Shown: positions 9,934 through 19,724, counted from the first letter of the stretch. The stretch: DNA of 64,000 nt from Myxococcota bacterium (GCA_036149055.1 JAYZQJ010000088.1:1-64000); one strand, 5' to 3'. Numbers and translations are program-made. The notes: a model not told the origin generated them from the letters alone.

Positions 9934-12732
9934 ATGAACGCCCGTGTCTTGCCGCTGATCGCGGCGCTCCTCGTCAGCCCGCTCTCCGCTCGGGCCCAGG
10001 CGCCCTCCTCCTGCGCCGACCTCGACGCGTGTCGCGCGGCGCTCCGGAGCGGTCACTACGAGGTCGCCGAGCGCGGGCTCTCCTCGCTGCGGCGGGGCCG
10101 GGGTGGCGCCGAGGCCACCGTCGCGCTCGCCCGCCTGCAGCTCATCACGGGGCGCTACGCCGAGGCGGCCGAGCTCGTCCGACCGCTGTCGCAGCGCGGC
10201 GCAGCGCAGGTCGACGCCGCCACCGTGCTCGGCGAGGCCGAGATGGCGCGCGGCCGGCTCGACGAGGCCCAGCGCGCGTTCGAGTCCGTCATCGGCGAGC
10301 CGGCCGCTCACCGAGCCCGCGTGATGCTCGGCCGGCTGCTCGTGCGCCGCGGTGAGGAGCGCGCCGCGCAGATGCCGCTGATGGCCCTCGTCCAGGCGTA
10401 CAACGACGAGACGATCGGCGATCGAGACGCCGAGGGTCTCGCCTACGTCGCGATGGCCGCCGACATGCTCGACAGCCCGCACGACGCGAACGACGCGTTC
10501 CAGGCCTCCACGCGCGCCGATCCGACGCGGGTCGAGACGCAGCTCGAGTGGGCGCAGCTATTCTTGTCGCACTACGACACCGGGCACGCCGAAGAGAGCG
10601 TGCGCGCGGCCCTCCAGCACAACGAGCACCACCCCGTCGCCCGGGCGCTGCTCGCGCGCATCAAGCTGGAGCAGTCGCTCGACTTCGTGGCCGCGGCGGC
10701 CGAGCTCGAGCGCGCCGAGGCGGTGAACCCGAACCTCCCGATGATCCACGTGACCCGCGCCGGGGTGGCGATCCGCGACATGGATCTCGAGGCGGCCGAG
10801 CGACACCTCGAGCGGGCCCTCGCGATCGATCCGACCGACCTCGAGGCCCTGAGCGTGCGCGCGGCCCTCCGCTTCCTGCAGGACGACACCCGCGGCTACC
10901 AGCGGGCGGTCCGCGCCGTGCTCGACCTGAACCCGCGCTTCAGCGAGCTCTACACCATCATCGCGGAGTACGCGGACTGGGAGCACCGCTACCCGCAGAT
11001 CGTGGAGATGGCGCGCGAGGCGCTGCGGATCGACCCGACCGACGCGCTCGCCCACGCGACCCTCGGCATCAACCTGCTCCGGATGGGCGAGGAGGAGGAG
11101 GGCCTGGCCGCCCTCCGCGAGGCGTGGCGGCGCGATCGCTTCAACGTGCGCGTCTACAACCTGCTCAACCTCTTCGAGGACGTGCTCACGGCCGAGTACG
11201 AGACCGTCGAGGCGGGCCCGCTGATCCTGCGCATGCACCGCGAGGAGATCCCGGTGATGGGCCCCACCGCCACGTCCGTCTTGCGGGCCGCGTGGGACGA
11301 CATGCGGCGGCGCTACGGCTTCACGCCCACCACGCCGGTGCACGTCGAGATGTTCTCGAACGACGAGCACTTCAGCGTGCGCACGAGCGGCCTGCCCAAC
11401 ATGGGCGTGCAGGGCGTCTGCTTCGGGCAGGTCGTCACCGCGCTGTCGCCTCGCGCGGGGCCGTTCAACTGGGCGCAGATCACCACCCACGAGCTGGCCC
11501 ACGTCTTCCACATCCAGCTGAGCCGGAACCGTGTGCCGCGCTGGTTCACCGAGGGGCTCGCCGAGTACGAGACCATCATCGCCCGGCCGGAGTGGCAGCG
11601 GGAGCAGGACCACCGGCTCTGGCTCGCGCTCGAGTCCGGCCGCGTGCCGCCCCTCCGGCAGCTGAACCACGCGTTCACCCACGCCCGCAACGCGGAGGAC
11701 GTCACCGTCGCCTACTACGGCAGCTCGATGCTGGTGAAGTACATCGCCGAGCGCTTCGGCTTCGACCGGACGGTGCGCATGCTGCGCGAGTGGGGCGCGG
11801 GGCGCTCGACCGAGGAGGTCATCCAGCGCTCGCTCGGGGTGGACATCGACACCCTCGACGCGGACTTCCGGCGCCACACCCGGGAGCGACTCGCCGCCCG
11901 GGCCGACGACTTCGCGGTGGATCTGGGCGCGCACACGGACCTCGAGGCGGCGCGGCAGCGGGTCGCCCAGCACCCGGACGACGCCGAGGCCCACGCGGCG
12001 CTCGGCGCGGCGCTCCTGATCCAGGGCCAGGCCGACGAGGCCCGGGCGGCGCTCCGCGAGGCGTTCATCCGGGAGCGCGCGCAGCCGCTCGCGCGCTTCG
12101 TCGCCGCGCGCCTGGCGCTCGCGCGTCGGCAGCCGCGCACCGCGCTCGGCGACCTGCGCATCCTCATCGAGAGCGGCCGCGACGGCTACGAGGTCCGGCT
12201 GCTCCAGGCCCGGGCCGCGCTGGCGCTGCGCAACGCGCGGCTCGCCCGAGAGGCGCTGGAGGCGGCCGCCCGCATCGACGCCGGGCGGCCGGAGGCGTGG
12301 GATGGTCTGTACGAGCTCGCCGGCCGGCTGAACGAGCCGACGCTCCGGCAGCGCGCGCTGCGCGCCTACGTGGACATCGATCAGCACCACTCGGCCCGGA
12401 ACTTCGAGCTGATGCAGGCGCTCGCCGAGCAAGGCGACTGGGACGGCGTGCGCGAGTACGGGCTGCGCGCGGTCTACGTCGATCCCCTCAACCCCGAGGC
12501 GCGGCGGCTCTACGCCGAGGCGCTGGTGCGGGCCGGCGACGGGCGCGAGGCGCTCGCGCAGGCCGACCTCGCGCTGGCGGCCGAGCCGGAGCAGCCGGGC
12601 CCCGCGCACCTGACCCGGGCGCGGGCGCTCGTGGCGCTCCGGCGCGCGCGCGAGGCGAGGGCCGCGGCCGACGCGGCGGTGCAGGCCGACCCGTCCCTCG
12701 CCGACGCGGCCCGAGAGGTCCTGGCGCGATAG
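9934..12732 (+). CDS. Secreted TPR-repeat protein with gluzincin-type (peptidase MA-like) domain
   Basis: Signal peptide (SARA-Q), many TPR-like helices, THELAHVF...VPRWFTEGLAEY zinc motif. Confidence 0.85.
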   Translation: MNARVLPLIAALLVSPLSARAQAPSSCADLDACRAALRSGHYEVAERGLSSLRRGRGGAEATVALARLQLITGRYAEAAELVRPLSQRGAAQVDAATVLGEAEMARGRLDEAQRAFESVIGEPAAHRARVMLGRLLVRRGEERAAQMPLMALVQAYNDETIGDRDAEGLAYVAMAADMLDSPHDANDAFQASTRADPTRVETQLEWAQLFLSHYDTGHAEESVRAALQHNEHHPVARALLARIKLEQSLDFVAAAAELERAEAVNPNLPMIHVTRAGVAIRDMDLEAAERHLERALAIDPTDLEALSVRAALRFLQDDTRGYQRAVRAVLDLNPRFSELYTIIAEYADWEHRYPQIVEMAREALRIDPTDALAHATLGINLLRMGEEEEGLAALREAWRRDRFNVRVYNLLNLFEDVLTAEYETVEAGPLILRMHREEIPVMGPTATSVLRAAWDDMRRRYGFTPTTPVHVEMFSNDEHFSVRTSGLPNMGVQGVCFGQVVTALSPRAGPFNWAQITTHELAHVFHIQLSRNRVPRWFTEGLAEYETIIARPEWQREQDHRLWLALESGRVPPLRQLNHAFTHARNAEDVTVAYYGSSMLVKYIAERFGFDRTVRMLREWGAGRSTEEVIQRSLGVDIDTLDADFRRHTRERLAARADDFAVDLGAHTDLEAARQRVAQHPDDAEAHAALGAALLIQGQADEARAALREAFIRERAQPLARFVAARLALARRQPRTALGDLRILIESGRDGYEVRLLQARAALALRNARLAREALEAAARIDAGRPEAWDGLYELAGRLNEPTLRQRALRAYVDIDQHHSARNFELMQALAEQGDWDGVREYGLRAVYVDPLNPEARRLYAEALVRAGDGREALAQADLALAAEPEQPGPAHLTRARALVALRRAREARAAADAAVQADPSLADAAREVLAR

Positions 12733-12740
12733 ACTCGCCG

Positions 12741-14690
12741 ATGATGCGCAAAGGGCCGCGCTTCTCGATCCCCACGCGGATCTTCCTCAGCATCGTCCTC
12801 GTGCTCGGCGCGTTCGGGGCGGTGAGCGCGGCCAGCCTGTACCAGCACCAGCGCACCGCCGACCGGCTGCGGCTGCTGCACGAGGGCTACCTGCCGCTCG
12901 CCCTCACCCTCGGCCAGGCGCGCGCCGACCAGAACCTCTTCACCATCGAGCTCGACAGCCTCGAGAGCGAGCGGGACCCGACCGGCACCCTCTGGTGGCT
13001 CGAGCGAGCCCGCCGGGTGCGCCCGAACATCGTGCAGAGCGCGATGCGCGCGGTGGAGCGCGCGGAGTCGCTCGAGCCCTCACCCGAAGACGCGGCCCAC
13101 CTGGCCGAGGTGCGCGGCGAGCTCGAGGCGATCGGCGAGGCGTTCGCCGCGGCGGAGGCCGACTTCGAGGAGCTCTTCGCGGCGCTGCGCCGCCAGGACG
13201 TCGAGGGCTCCCGCGAGAAGGTGGAGGCGCTCCGGCGGCACGAGCAGCGCACCTCGCGCCGGCTCCGCGGCGCCTGGGGCTCGGTGCAGGATCGCATCGC
13301 TCAGACGAGCCGGACCGCCGCCGAGCAGGAGCGACAGTTCCTCTACCTCGTCGCCGGGCTGGTGATGGCGGCGCTCTTCCTCGGGCTCGTCGTGCTCTGG
13401 TGGTCGCAGCGCCTCCTCGCGCCGCTGCCGCGCCTGCAGCGCCGGGTCGTCGCGGTCGCGCAAGGCGACCTGACGGGCAAGATCGCCCCCGCGCGCGACG
13501 ACGAGATCGGTCAGCTCACCGTCGAGTTCGAGCGCATGGTCGACGCGGTCGGCGCGCGCGATCGGCAGCTCCGCGACGCGGCCGAGACCCTGCGCGAGCT
13601 CCAGCGCATGCAGGAGCAGATCGTCGCCGGTCTCCGGGCGGGCGTGGTCGTGGTCTCGGAGCGCGGCGAGGTGCGCTCGGCCAACCGGGCGGCCGCGGCG
13701 GTGGTCGGCATCGACCGGACGCACCTCGAGCTCCCGCTCGAGCGGACGGGGCTGGCGGAGCGGCTCCCGGGGCTCTCCGACGCGATCGACGCGGTGGCGG
13801 CGGGCGGGGAGCGCGCGTCGCTCGTCGCCGCGCCGCTGCGGGTGTCGGACGAGGAGACGAGGTTCCTCGACGTGCTCGTCACGCCCTTCGGCACCGACGA
13901 GCCCGAGGGCCCCCGCCGCGCCGTGCTGGTCGTGGCCGACGACGTGACCGAGGAGCTGCGCACCAAGCAGCGCCTCATCCAGACCGAGCGGCTCGCGGCG
14001 ATCGGGCGCATGGCGGCGCACGTCACCCACGAGGTGCGCAACCCGCTCTCGAGCATCGGGCTCAACGTGGAGCTGCTCGAGGAGGAGCTCGAGGACGCCG
14101 GCGCCGAGCCGCGCGCGCTGCTCCGGGCCATCCAGCGCGAGATCGACCGCCTCACCGGGGTGACCGAGGAGTACCTGCGGCTCGCCCGCCTGCCGGCGCC
14201 GCGCCTCGAGCCCGAGCAGCTGGCCGACATCGTGCTCGAGGTGGGCCGCTTCGTGGCCCGCGAGTTCGAGACCTCGAACGTGACCCTCGAGGTCGACGTC
14301 GACGAGACCCAGCCCGACGTCGCCGCCGACGAGCCGCAGATCCGTCAGGCCTTGCTGAACCTGCTGCGCAACGCGCGCGAGTCGATGCCCGACGGCGGCG
14401 TGGTCTCGCTGGAGTGCCTGCCGCTCGACGGCGGCGTGGTGATCCGGGTCTCCGATCAGGGCGAGGGGATCCCGCCGGACAAGCGCCCGCACATCTTCGA
14501 CCTCTTCTACTCGACCAAGGAGCGGGGCACCGGCCTCGGGCTGCCGCTCACCATGCAGATCGTCGCCGCCCACGCCGGCACGATCCGCTGTGAGGACGCC
14601 CCCGGCGGAGGCACGGTGTTCACGCTCTGGTTCCCGAAGGCGAGCGACGAGCGCGCCTCGGAGGAGATCGCGCTGACGGGTGAAGTGTAG
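12741..14690 (+). CDS. Membrane sensor histidine kinase (HAMP, PAS-like, HisKA, HATPase)
   Basis: Two TM, RDDEIGQL HAMP, THEVRNPLSSI H-box, NLLRNA, DQGEGI, FYSTKERGTGLGL. Confidence 0.95.
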   Translation: MMRKGPRFSIPTRIFLSIVLVLGAFGAVSAASLYQHQRTADRLRLLHEGYLPLALTLGQARADQNLFTIELDSLESERDPTGTLWWLERARRVRPNIVQSAMRAVERAESLEPSPEDAAHLAEVRGELEAIGEAFAAAEADFEELFAALRRQDVEGSREKVEALRRHEQRTSRRLRGAWGSVQDRIAQTSRTAAEQERQFLYLVAGLVMAALFLGLVVLWWSQRLLAPLPRLQRRVVAVAQGDLTGKIAPARDDEIGQLTVEFERMVDAVGARDRQLRDAAETLRELQRMQEQIVAGLRAGVVVVSERGEVRSANRAAAAVVGIDRTHLELPLERTGLAERLPGLSDAIDAVAAGGERASLVAAPLRVSDEETRFLDVLVTPFGTDEPEGPRRAVLVVADDVTEELRTKQRLIQTERLAAIGRMAAHVTHEVRNPLSSIGLNVELLEEELEDAGAEPRALLRAIQREIDRLTGVTEEYLRLARLPAPRLEPEQLADIVLEVGRFVAREFETSNVTLEVDVDETQPDVAADEPQIRQALLNLLRNARESMPDGGVVSLECLPLDGGVVIRVSDQGEGIPPDKRPHIFDLFYSTKERGTGLGLPLTMQIVAAHAGTIRCEDAPGGGTVFTLWFPKASDERASEEIALTGEV

Positions 14691-14715
14691 AGGCGGGTGT
14701 GCTAGCTCGGCGCCC

Positions 14716-15471
14716 ATGTCCACCACTCGCCCCGACGGCCGAAGCAGCGACGCGCCCCGCCCGATCACGGTCACCCACGGCTTCCAGCGCTTCCCCGAGG
14801 GGAGCGTGCTCTACAAGTGCGGCGGCACCACGGTGCTCATCGCCGCGTCGGTGGAGGAGTCGGTCCCGCCGTGGATGCGGAACAAGGGCCGCGGCTGGGT
14901 CACCGCGGAGTACGAGATGCACCCGCGCGCGAACCCCGACCGGCAGCGCCGCTCGCGGACCCGCAACAACCTCGACGGCCGCTCGTCCGAGATCCAGCGC
15001 CTCATCGCTCGCTCGCTCCGGGCCTGCGTCCGGCTCGACCGGCTCGGCGAGCGCATGATCACCGTCGACTGCGACGTGATCGACGCCGACGGCGGCACGC
15101 GGACCGCGTCGATCACCGGCGGCTTCATCGCGCTGGCGATGGCCCTCGACGTGCTCCGGCACAAGGGCGCGATCAAGCCCGGCATCCTCCGCGAGGAGGT
15201 GGCCGCGATCAGCGTCGGCATGGTCCAGAACAAGCACCTGGTGGACCTGAACTACGACGAGGACTCGGGCGCGCAGGTCGACCTGAACGTCGTCGCGACC
15301 CAGAAGGGCGGCATCGTCGAGGTGCAGGGCACCGCCGAGGGCGCGCCGATCGCGAAGGCCGACTTCGACCGGCTGGTCGAGCTCGGGCTCGGCGCGATGC
15401 CGATCCTGGTCGCGAAGCAGCAGGAGGCGCTCGCCAAGGCGGGCGTGGACCTCGCGAAGCTGATGGGCTGA
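14716..15471 (+). CDS. rph: Ribonuclease PH
   Basis: RPDGR, GWVTAEYEM, GRSSEIQRLIARSLR, DCDVIDADGGTRTASITG, VEVQGTAEG. Confidence 0.97.
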   Translation: MSTTRPDGRSSDAPRPITVTHGFQRFPEGSVLYKCGGTTVLIAASVEESVPPWMRNKGRGWVTAEYEMHPRANPDRQRRSRTRNNLDGRSSEIQRLIARSLRACVRLDRLGERMITVDCDVIDADGGTRTASITGGFIALAMALDVLRHKGAIKPGILREEVAAISVGMVQNKHLVDLNYDEDSGAQVDLNVVATQKGGIVEVQGTAEGAPIAKADFDRLVELGLGAMPILVAKQQEALAKAGVDLAKLMG

Positions 15472-16064
15472 TGAAGGCGCTCGTCGCGACCCGCAACGCG
15501 GGCAAGGTCCGCGAGCTCGCCCGCCTGCTCGACGGGGCCGGCTTCGAGCTCGTGGCGCTCGATCCCGAGGCGCCCGAGGTCGTCGAGGACGGCGACACCT
15601 TCGAGGCCAACGCGCTCAAGAAGGCGCGCGAGATGGCCGCCTTCTCGGGGCTGCCGACCTTCGCCGACGACAGCGGGATCGAGGCGGACGCGCTCGATCT
15701 GCGGCCGGGCATCCACTCGGCGCGCTACGGGGGCGTGCACGGCGACGACGAGGCGAACAACGAACTGCTCCTCCGCGAGCTCGAGGCGACGCCCGACGAC
15801 CAGCGCACGGGCCGCTTCGTCTGCGCGCTCGCCTTCGTCGACCCGGCCCGCGGCTTCGAGCACGTGGTCCGCGGGACGATCGAGGGCTCGATCCTGCGCG
15901 AGCGTCGCGGGGAAGGCGGCTTCGGCTACGACCCGCTCTTCCTCCCCCACGGTCACACCCGCACCACCGCCGAGATGAGCGCGGCGGAGAAGAACGCGAT
16001 CAGCCACCGCGCCGACGCGGCCAAGAGGATGCTCACCGTCCTCCGGGAGCGTTATTTGACCTGA
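15471..16064 (+). CDS. rdgB: Non-canonical purine NTP pyrophosphatase (RdgB/HAM1)
   Basis: ATRNAGKVRE, ADDSG, PGIHSARY, GFGYDPLF, KNAISHR; classic rph-rdgB pairing; TGATG overlap. Confidence 0.96.
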   Translation: MKALVATRNAGKVRELARLLDGAGFELVALDPEAPEVVEDGDTFEANALKKAREMAAFSGLPTFADDSGIEADALDLRPGIHSARYGGVHGDDEANNELLLRELEATPDDQRTGRFVCALAFVDPARGFEHVVRGTIEGSILRERRGEGGFGYDPLFLPHGHTRTTAEMSAAEKNAISHRADAAKRMLTVLRERYLT

Positions 16065-16093
16065 GCTGCCTCGTCTGCGAGATCGGCGGGCCG

Positions 16094-16846
16094 ATGAGCG
16101 AGCAGACGATGGAGACCGAGCTCTTCGAGCTCTTCTACTGGCCGAGCATCCAGGGCCGCGGGGAGCTCGTGCGCCTCGTGCTCGAGGACGCCGGCGTGCC
16201 GTACCTCGACGTCGCGCGTCTGCCCGAGGAAGAGGGCGGAGGCGCGCAGCGCGTGGTGGAGATGCGCAAGGGCGGCGCCGCCGGGCTCCTCCCGTTCGCG
16301 CCGCCGATCCTCAAGCTCGGCGACCAGGTGCTCGCCCAGACCTCGGTGATCTGCGACTTCCTCGGCCGGCGCGTCGGCCTCGCTCCCGAAGACGAGGCCG
16401 GGCAGGAGGCGGCGCGGCAGCTCCACCTGACGATCATGGACGTCGTCGCCGAGGCGCACGACACCCACCACCCGATCGGCACCGCGAAGTACTACGAGGA
16501 TCAGAAGGACGAGGCGAAGAAGGCGGCCGACGCCTTCCTCCAGGACCGTCTGCCGCAGTGGCTCGGCTACTTCGACCTCGTCATCGAGCGCAACGAGGCG
16601 AGCGACTGGCTCGTCGGCGCGGACTGCACCTACGTCGATCTCGCGCTCTTCCAGCTCGTCGAGGGCCTGCGCTACGCGTTCCCCAACGCGATGAAGAAGG
16701 TCGAAGGCGCGGTGCCGCGGGTCGTCGCGGTGCGCGATCGCGTGGCCGAGCGACCCGGCGTGAAGGCCTACCTCGAGTCCGACCGGCGCATCCCGTTCAA
16801 CGAAGACGGGATCTTCCGCCGCTACCCCGAGCTCGACCTGGCGTAG
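16094..16846 (+). CDS. Glutathione S-transferase
   Basis: LFYWPSIQGRGELVRL, PFAPPIL, AQTSVI, TYVDLALFQ, GIFRRYPELD. Confidence 0.92.
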   Translation: MSEQTMETELFELFYWPSIQGRGELVRLVLEDAGVPYLDVARLPEEEGGGAQRVVEMRKGGAAGLLPFAPPILKLGDQVLAQTSVICDFLGRRVGLAPEDEAGQEAARQLHLTIMDVVAEAHDTHHPIGTAKYYEDQKDEAKKAADAFLQDRLPQWLGYFDLVIERNEASDWLVGADCTYVDLALFQLVEGLRYAFPNAMKKVEGAVPRVVAVRDRVAERPGVKAYLESDRRIPFNEDGIFRRYPELDLA

Positions 16847-17244
16847 GCGACGGCGACGGTGCGGCGCGCCCGCAACGCGCCGAAGCGACCGAACACCCGC
16901 GCGGCGCCCTTCACCGCGTAGCCGAGCGCCGCGAAGGCGACGCCGAACACGCCGGCCACCGCCGCGAAGGCGAGCGCGAGGGCCGCGGCCACCACGAGCA
17001 GCGCGGCGGCGAACACGCAGAGCGCCGCCACCCCGAGCGCGCAGGCGGCCACCACCGCCAGCACGAGCACGCCCACGACCAGCGACCCCGCGGCGAAGAC
17101 GAGCGAGGCGACCAGCCCGAAGGCCGCGGCGAGGCACGCGCCGAAGGCGGCGAGGCCCATCCAGCCGAGCTTGCGCGCCGCGGACAGGAGATGGTCCCTG
17201 GACGGGAGCTCGAGCGGCTCGTCGAGGCAGAGATCGGTGGTCAC
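16822..17244 (-). CDS. Hypothetical Ala/Val-rich membrane protein
   Basis: GTG at 17244 preceded by GGGAGG RBS; long hydrophobic stretch; 3' end overlaps GST end. Confidence 0.55.
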   Translation of the reverse strand: MTTDLCLDEPLELPSRDHLLSAARKLGWMGLAAFGACLAAAFGLVASLVFAAGSLVVGVLVLAVVAACALGVAALCVFAAALLVVAAALALAFAAVAGVFGVAFAALGYAVKGAARVFGRFGALRARRTVAVAYARSSSG

Positions 17245-17337
17245 GGGCGGCCTCCCATGCTGCGAATACGAACCGCCGGTCGGGCGTATTTCACCCGGTA
17301 GCCGCTCACCGCGAATCGGGTTAACCTCCGTTCCGTT

Positions 17338-17411
17338 CGGGGTGTCGCACAGCCTGGTAGTGCACGAGCTTTGGGTGCTCGTTGTCGTGGGTTCAAATCC
17401 CGCCACCCCGA
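17338..17411 (+). tRNA. tRNA-Pro(TGG), CCA not encoded
   Basis: Acceptor CGGGGTG/CACCCCG, D arm GCAC/GTGC, anticodon arm CGAGC-TTTGGGT-GCTCG, T arm GTGGG-TTCAAAT-CCCGC. Confidence 0.96.
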
Positions 17412-17439
17412 CTCTCTCGCCCCGCCCCCGGCGGGACGA

Positions 17440-17513
17440 GCTCCCTTAGCTCAGCTGGATAGAGCGGCGGCCTTCTAAGCCGATGGTCGGAGGTTCGAGT
17501 CCTCCAGGGAGCG
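17440..17513 (+). tRNA. tRNA-Arg(TCT), CCA not encoded
   Basis: Acceptor GCTCCCT/AGGGAGC, D arm GCTC/GAGC, anticodon loop CTTCTAA, T arm GGAGG-TTCGAGT-CCTCC. Confidence 0.96.
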
Positions 17514-18140
17514 CTACTCCTCGTCGCGCGCGCGCGAGGCCTCGCCCTCGACCGCGCCCTCGACCTCGCCCTCGACCTGGGCCACCCAGGTGGGGGCCCA
17601 GCGCTCGATGTCCTCGAGCAGGGGGCCGCCGACGCGGGGCGGGATGAGGCCGACCCGGACGAGGTAGGTCGCGAAGCCGCCGACGTCCTGGGCGAGGCGG
17701 TAGGCGCTCCACCCGGGGCGCAGGCCGAGCGCGAGGTAGCCGTCGAAGAAGATCTCGCGCGCGTCGAGCGCCTCCCAGGAGAACGGGGGGCGGTGCGGGG
17801 AGACGATGCCACGAGACCGGTCGCAGGGCATGGCGAGGAGGTGCTCGGCGCCGTGCTTCGAGCGCGCGAGGTCGTCGTCGAGCTCGAGGTGGATCAGCTC
17901 TCGCATCCACCGGAGCGCGTGCGGGCCGTGGCGGTCCCACCAGTCGCGCTCCTGACGGCAGAAGGTCTGCACCGGGCCGAGCTGCCGGAACGCGCCGCAC
18001 GCGAGGCGCATCTCCGAGGTGTAGATCGGGCGGTTCGGCCACGGCCCGAGGCCGGCGCGTCTCAGCCGCGCGCGCTCGCGCTCCCAGTCGCAGCAGTAGC
18101 AGTCGCAGGCGTGGGCGCTCCGTCGCTCGGCGGTCATCAT
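17514..18140 (-). CDS. Hypothetical protein with N-terminal HxCxCxCC cluster
   Basis: Open frame MMTAERRSAHACDCYCCDWERE... with aromatic-rich, non-shadow composition; stop abuts tRNA-Arg. Confidence 0.55.
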   Translation of the reverse strand: MMTAERRSAHACDCYCCDWERERARLRRAGLGPWPNRPIYTSEMRLACGAFRQLGPVQTFCRQERDWWDRHGPHALRWMRELIHLELDDDLARSKHGAEHLLAMPCDRSRGIVSPHRPPFSWEALDAREIFFDGYLALGLRPGWSAYRLAQDVGGFATYLVRVGLIPPRVGGPLLEDIERWAPTWVAQVEGEVEGAVEGEASRARDEE

Positions 18141-18182
18141 GGGCCGCCTCATCGCGCCGTCGCGCGAGCGGTTGCGTGCCTT

Positions 18183-18743
18183 CTACGACCGGCGTCGCGA
18201 TCTCCAGGCCAGGAGGACCGCGGCCACGCCGAGCAGCGCGCCGGCCGCCGCGAGGAGCGCGGCGATCGCCCTCAGCTGCCCGGCGCGGCCCACCCAGGAC
18301 GGCTGGGCGCCCGGCAGCGCCGCCATCAGACCGACGCCGATCGCGAGCCCGATCGCGCCGAGGACCGCCAGCCGGAGCGCGAGCCGCCGGTCCCCGCTCG
18401 CGATGGGATCGGGCCCGGGGCTCTCCTCCGCCGAGGAGCGGTACGGGCCCCGCGGCGCGCGGGAGGGCGGCGTCTCGTCGGGAGCGGCGCGCCGACGCAG
18501 CGCCCGCCCCGTCCGCGCCATCGCCATCACCCCGGCCGACACGACGAGCAGGCCGCCGAGCAGCGCGAGCAGCATCGCGGGGCAGGTGATCGCCTCGGCG
18601 ATCCCCTGCGTGGTGCGCCGGTCGATCGGCAGCGCCGTGAGCACCCCGGTCGCCACCACCACGCTCGCGAACGCCACCCCGGCTGCGCCGAGGCCCCACG
18701 CGAGCACGCGCAGCTCGGGGATCTCTCGCAGCCGCGGCCTCAT
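18183..18743 (-). CDS. Hypothetical four-TM membrane protein
   Basis: ATG at 18743 overlapping upstream stop; four hydrophobic segments. Confidence 0.6.
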   Translation of the reverse strand: MRPRLREIPELRVLAWGLGAAGVAFASVVVATGVLTALPIDRRTTQGIAEAITCPAMLLALLGGLLVVSAGVMAMARTGRALRRRAAPDETPPSRAPRGPYRSSAEESPGPDPIASGDRRLALRLAVLGAIGLAIGVGLMAALPGAQPSWVGRAGQLRAIAALLAAAGALLGVAAVLLAWRSRRRS

Positions 18744-19420
18744 CGCTGCAGGTCCTCGGGCTCGAGGACCCACTCGAGGACCGGCGCGCGCCGCGCGAGC
18801 TCGGAGGGGACGCGGGCGAGGAAGATCCACGGGGCCTGGCTCCCCGACTGGAAGAGCGCGAGGCCGGAGGGGCTCACGTGGACGTCGAGGGGGCCCGGGC
18901 CGGCCGCGAGGAGGGGCTCGCCGAGGGGCGGCCCGAAGTTGGCCCGGAGCCAGTCGCGTGCGCCCTCTGCAGCTGGCCCGTTCGCCGCGCCACGATCCGC
19001 GGTCATGACGGCCTCGAAGATCGCGTGCTGGACCGCGAACGCAGAGAAGGAGCGCGCCACGAGCCCGGCCTGCTCCCCCGTCGCGTGGACGGCGGGGTCC
19101 GCGCCCTCGAGCTCGAACTCGAGCCGCCAGTTGTCCTGACACTCGTCGAGGAAGACGAGGCCTCGTTCGCCGAGCGTCCAGGCTCGAGGCGAGCGCGCGT
19201 GGCTCTGCCCGTGAGCGAACCCGAAGGTGTCGGCGAGGCGCGTCATCCAGCGCGTCACCGGCGGAGAGAGGCGGACGTCGAGGCGACGACGAGCTGCCTC
19301 CACTTCGGCCGGAGCCCAGCCGCGCGGCGCGAGCCCCAGGCTCTGGCGGGCGAACGTCTCGAGCGCCCCGAGGCGAGCCTCGGGGGTGGCGGCCGCTCGC
19401 AACGCTCGCTCCGGGGTCAC
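18740..19420 (-). CDS. SMI1/KNR4 (SUKH)-like protein
   Basis: AEVEAARRRLDVRLSPPVTRW, LVFLDECQDNW, ADPAVH, SFSAF resemble the SUKH helix, strand and DP-V pattern; GTG overlaps upstream stop. Confidence 0.55.
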   Translation of the reverse strand: MTPERALRAAATPEARLGALETFARQSLGLAPRGWAPAEVEAARRRLDVRLSPPVTRWMTRLADTFGFAHGQSHARSPRAWTLGERGLVFLDECQDNWRLEFELEGADPAVHATGEQAGLVARSFSAFAVQHAIFEAVMTADRGAANGPAAEGARDWLRANFGPPLGEPLLAAGPGPLDVHVSPSGLALFQSGSQAPWIFLARVPSELARRAPVLEWVLEPEDLQR

Positions 19421-19623
19421 TCGCAGCTCGACGGCTGACACTCGCAGCCGCAGCCTCGGTCGCGGTGGCAATGGCAGCGACCGGTGCGACGGTCGTGGTG
19501 GCAGCCGCAGCGGTTGAGGCCGCCGCCGTGCGCGGAGGCCGAGCTCTGCAGGGTCATGCCGCCGGCCAGGGAGAGGGCGGCGGCGATCGACGCGGCGAGG
19601 AGCCAGACCACGGGGCGGGTCAT
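19417..19623 (-). CDS. Small secreted YHYH-family-like Cys/His-rich peptide
   Basis: Signal peptide ending ASA; mature HGGGLNRCGCHHDRRTGRCHCHRDRGCGCECQPSSCE. Confidence 0.75.
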   Translation of the reverse strand: MTRPVVWLLAASIAAALSLAGGMTLQSSASAHGGGLNRCGCHHDRRTGRCHCHRDRGCGCECQPSSCE

Positions 19624-19724
19624 GCCCGCAGGGTATCAGGACCGCGTGCGACTGTAGAGGTCCCGCGGGTGAGGTCGTGATTGTCGCCGCAGAGCCCGGG
19701 GCCGCGCCTCCGGCGGTCGAATCG

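Noticed and set aside
10548..12740. Apparent N-terminal extensions or fusions in the ORF track (1380-aa histidine kinase, 1106-aa kinase, 895-aa AdoMetDC, 771-aa Coq4)
   Set aside because: The extensions are Arg/Pro/Gly-rich off-frame reads of neighbouring genes; true starts lie downstream.
17245..17406. N-terminal part of the 194-aa ORF (MAGFEPTTTSTQSS...)
   Set aside because: It is the antisense of tRNA-Pro; the plausible gene starts at GTG 17244.
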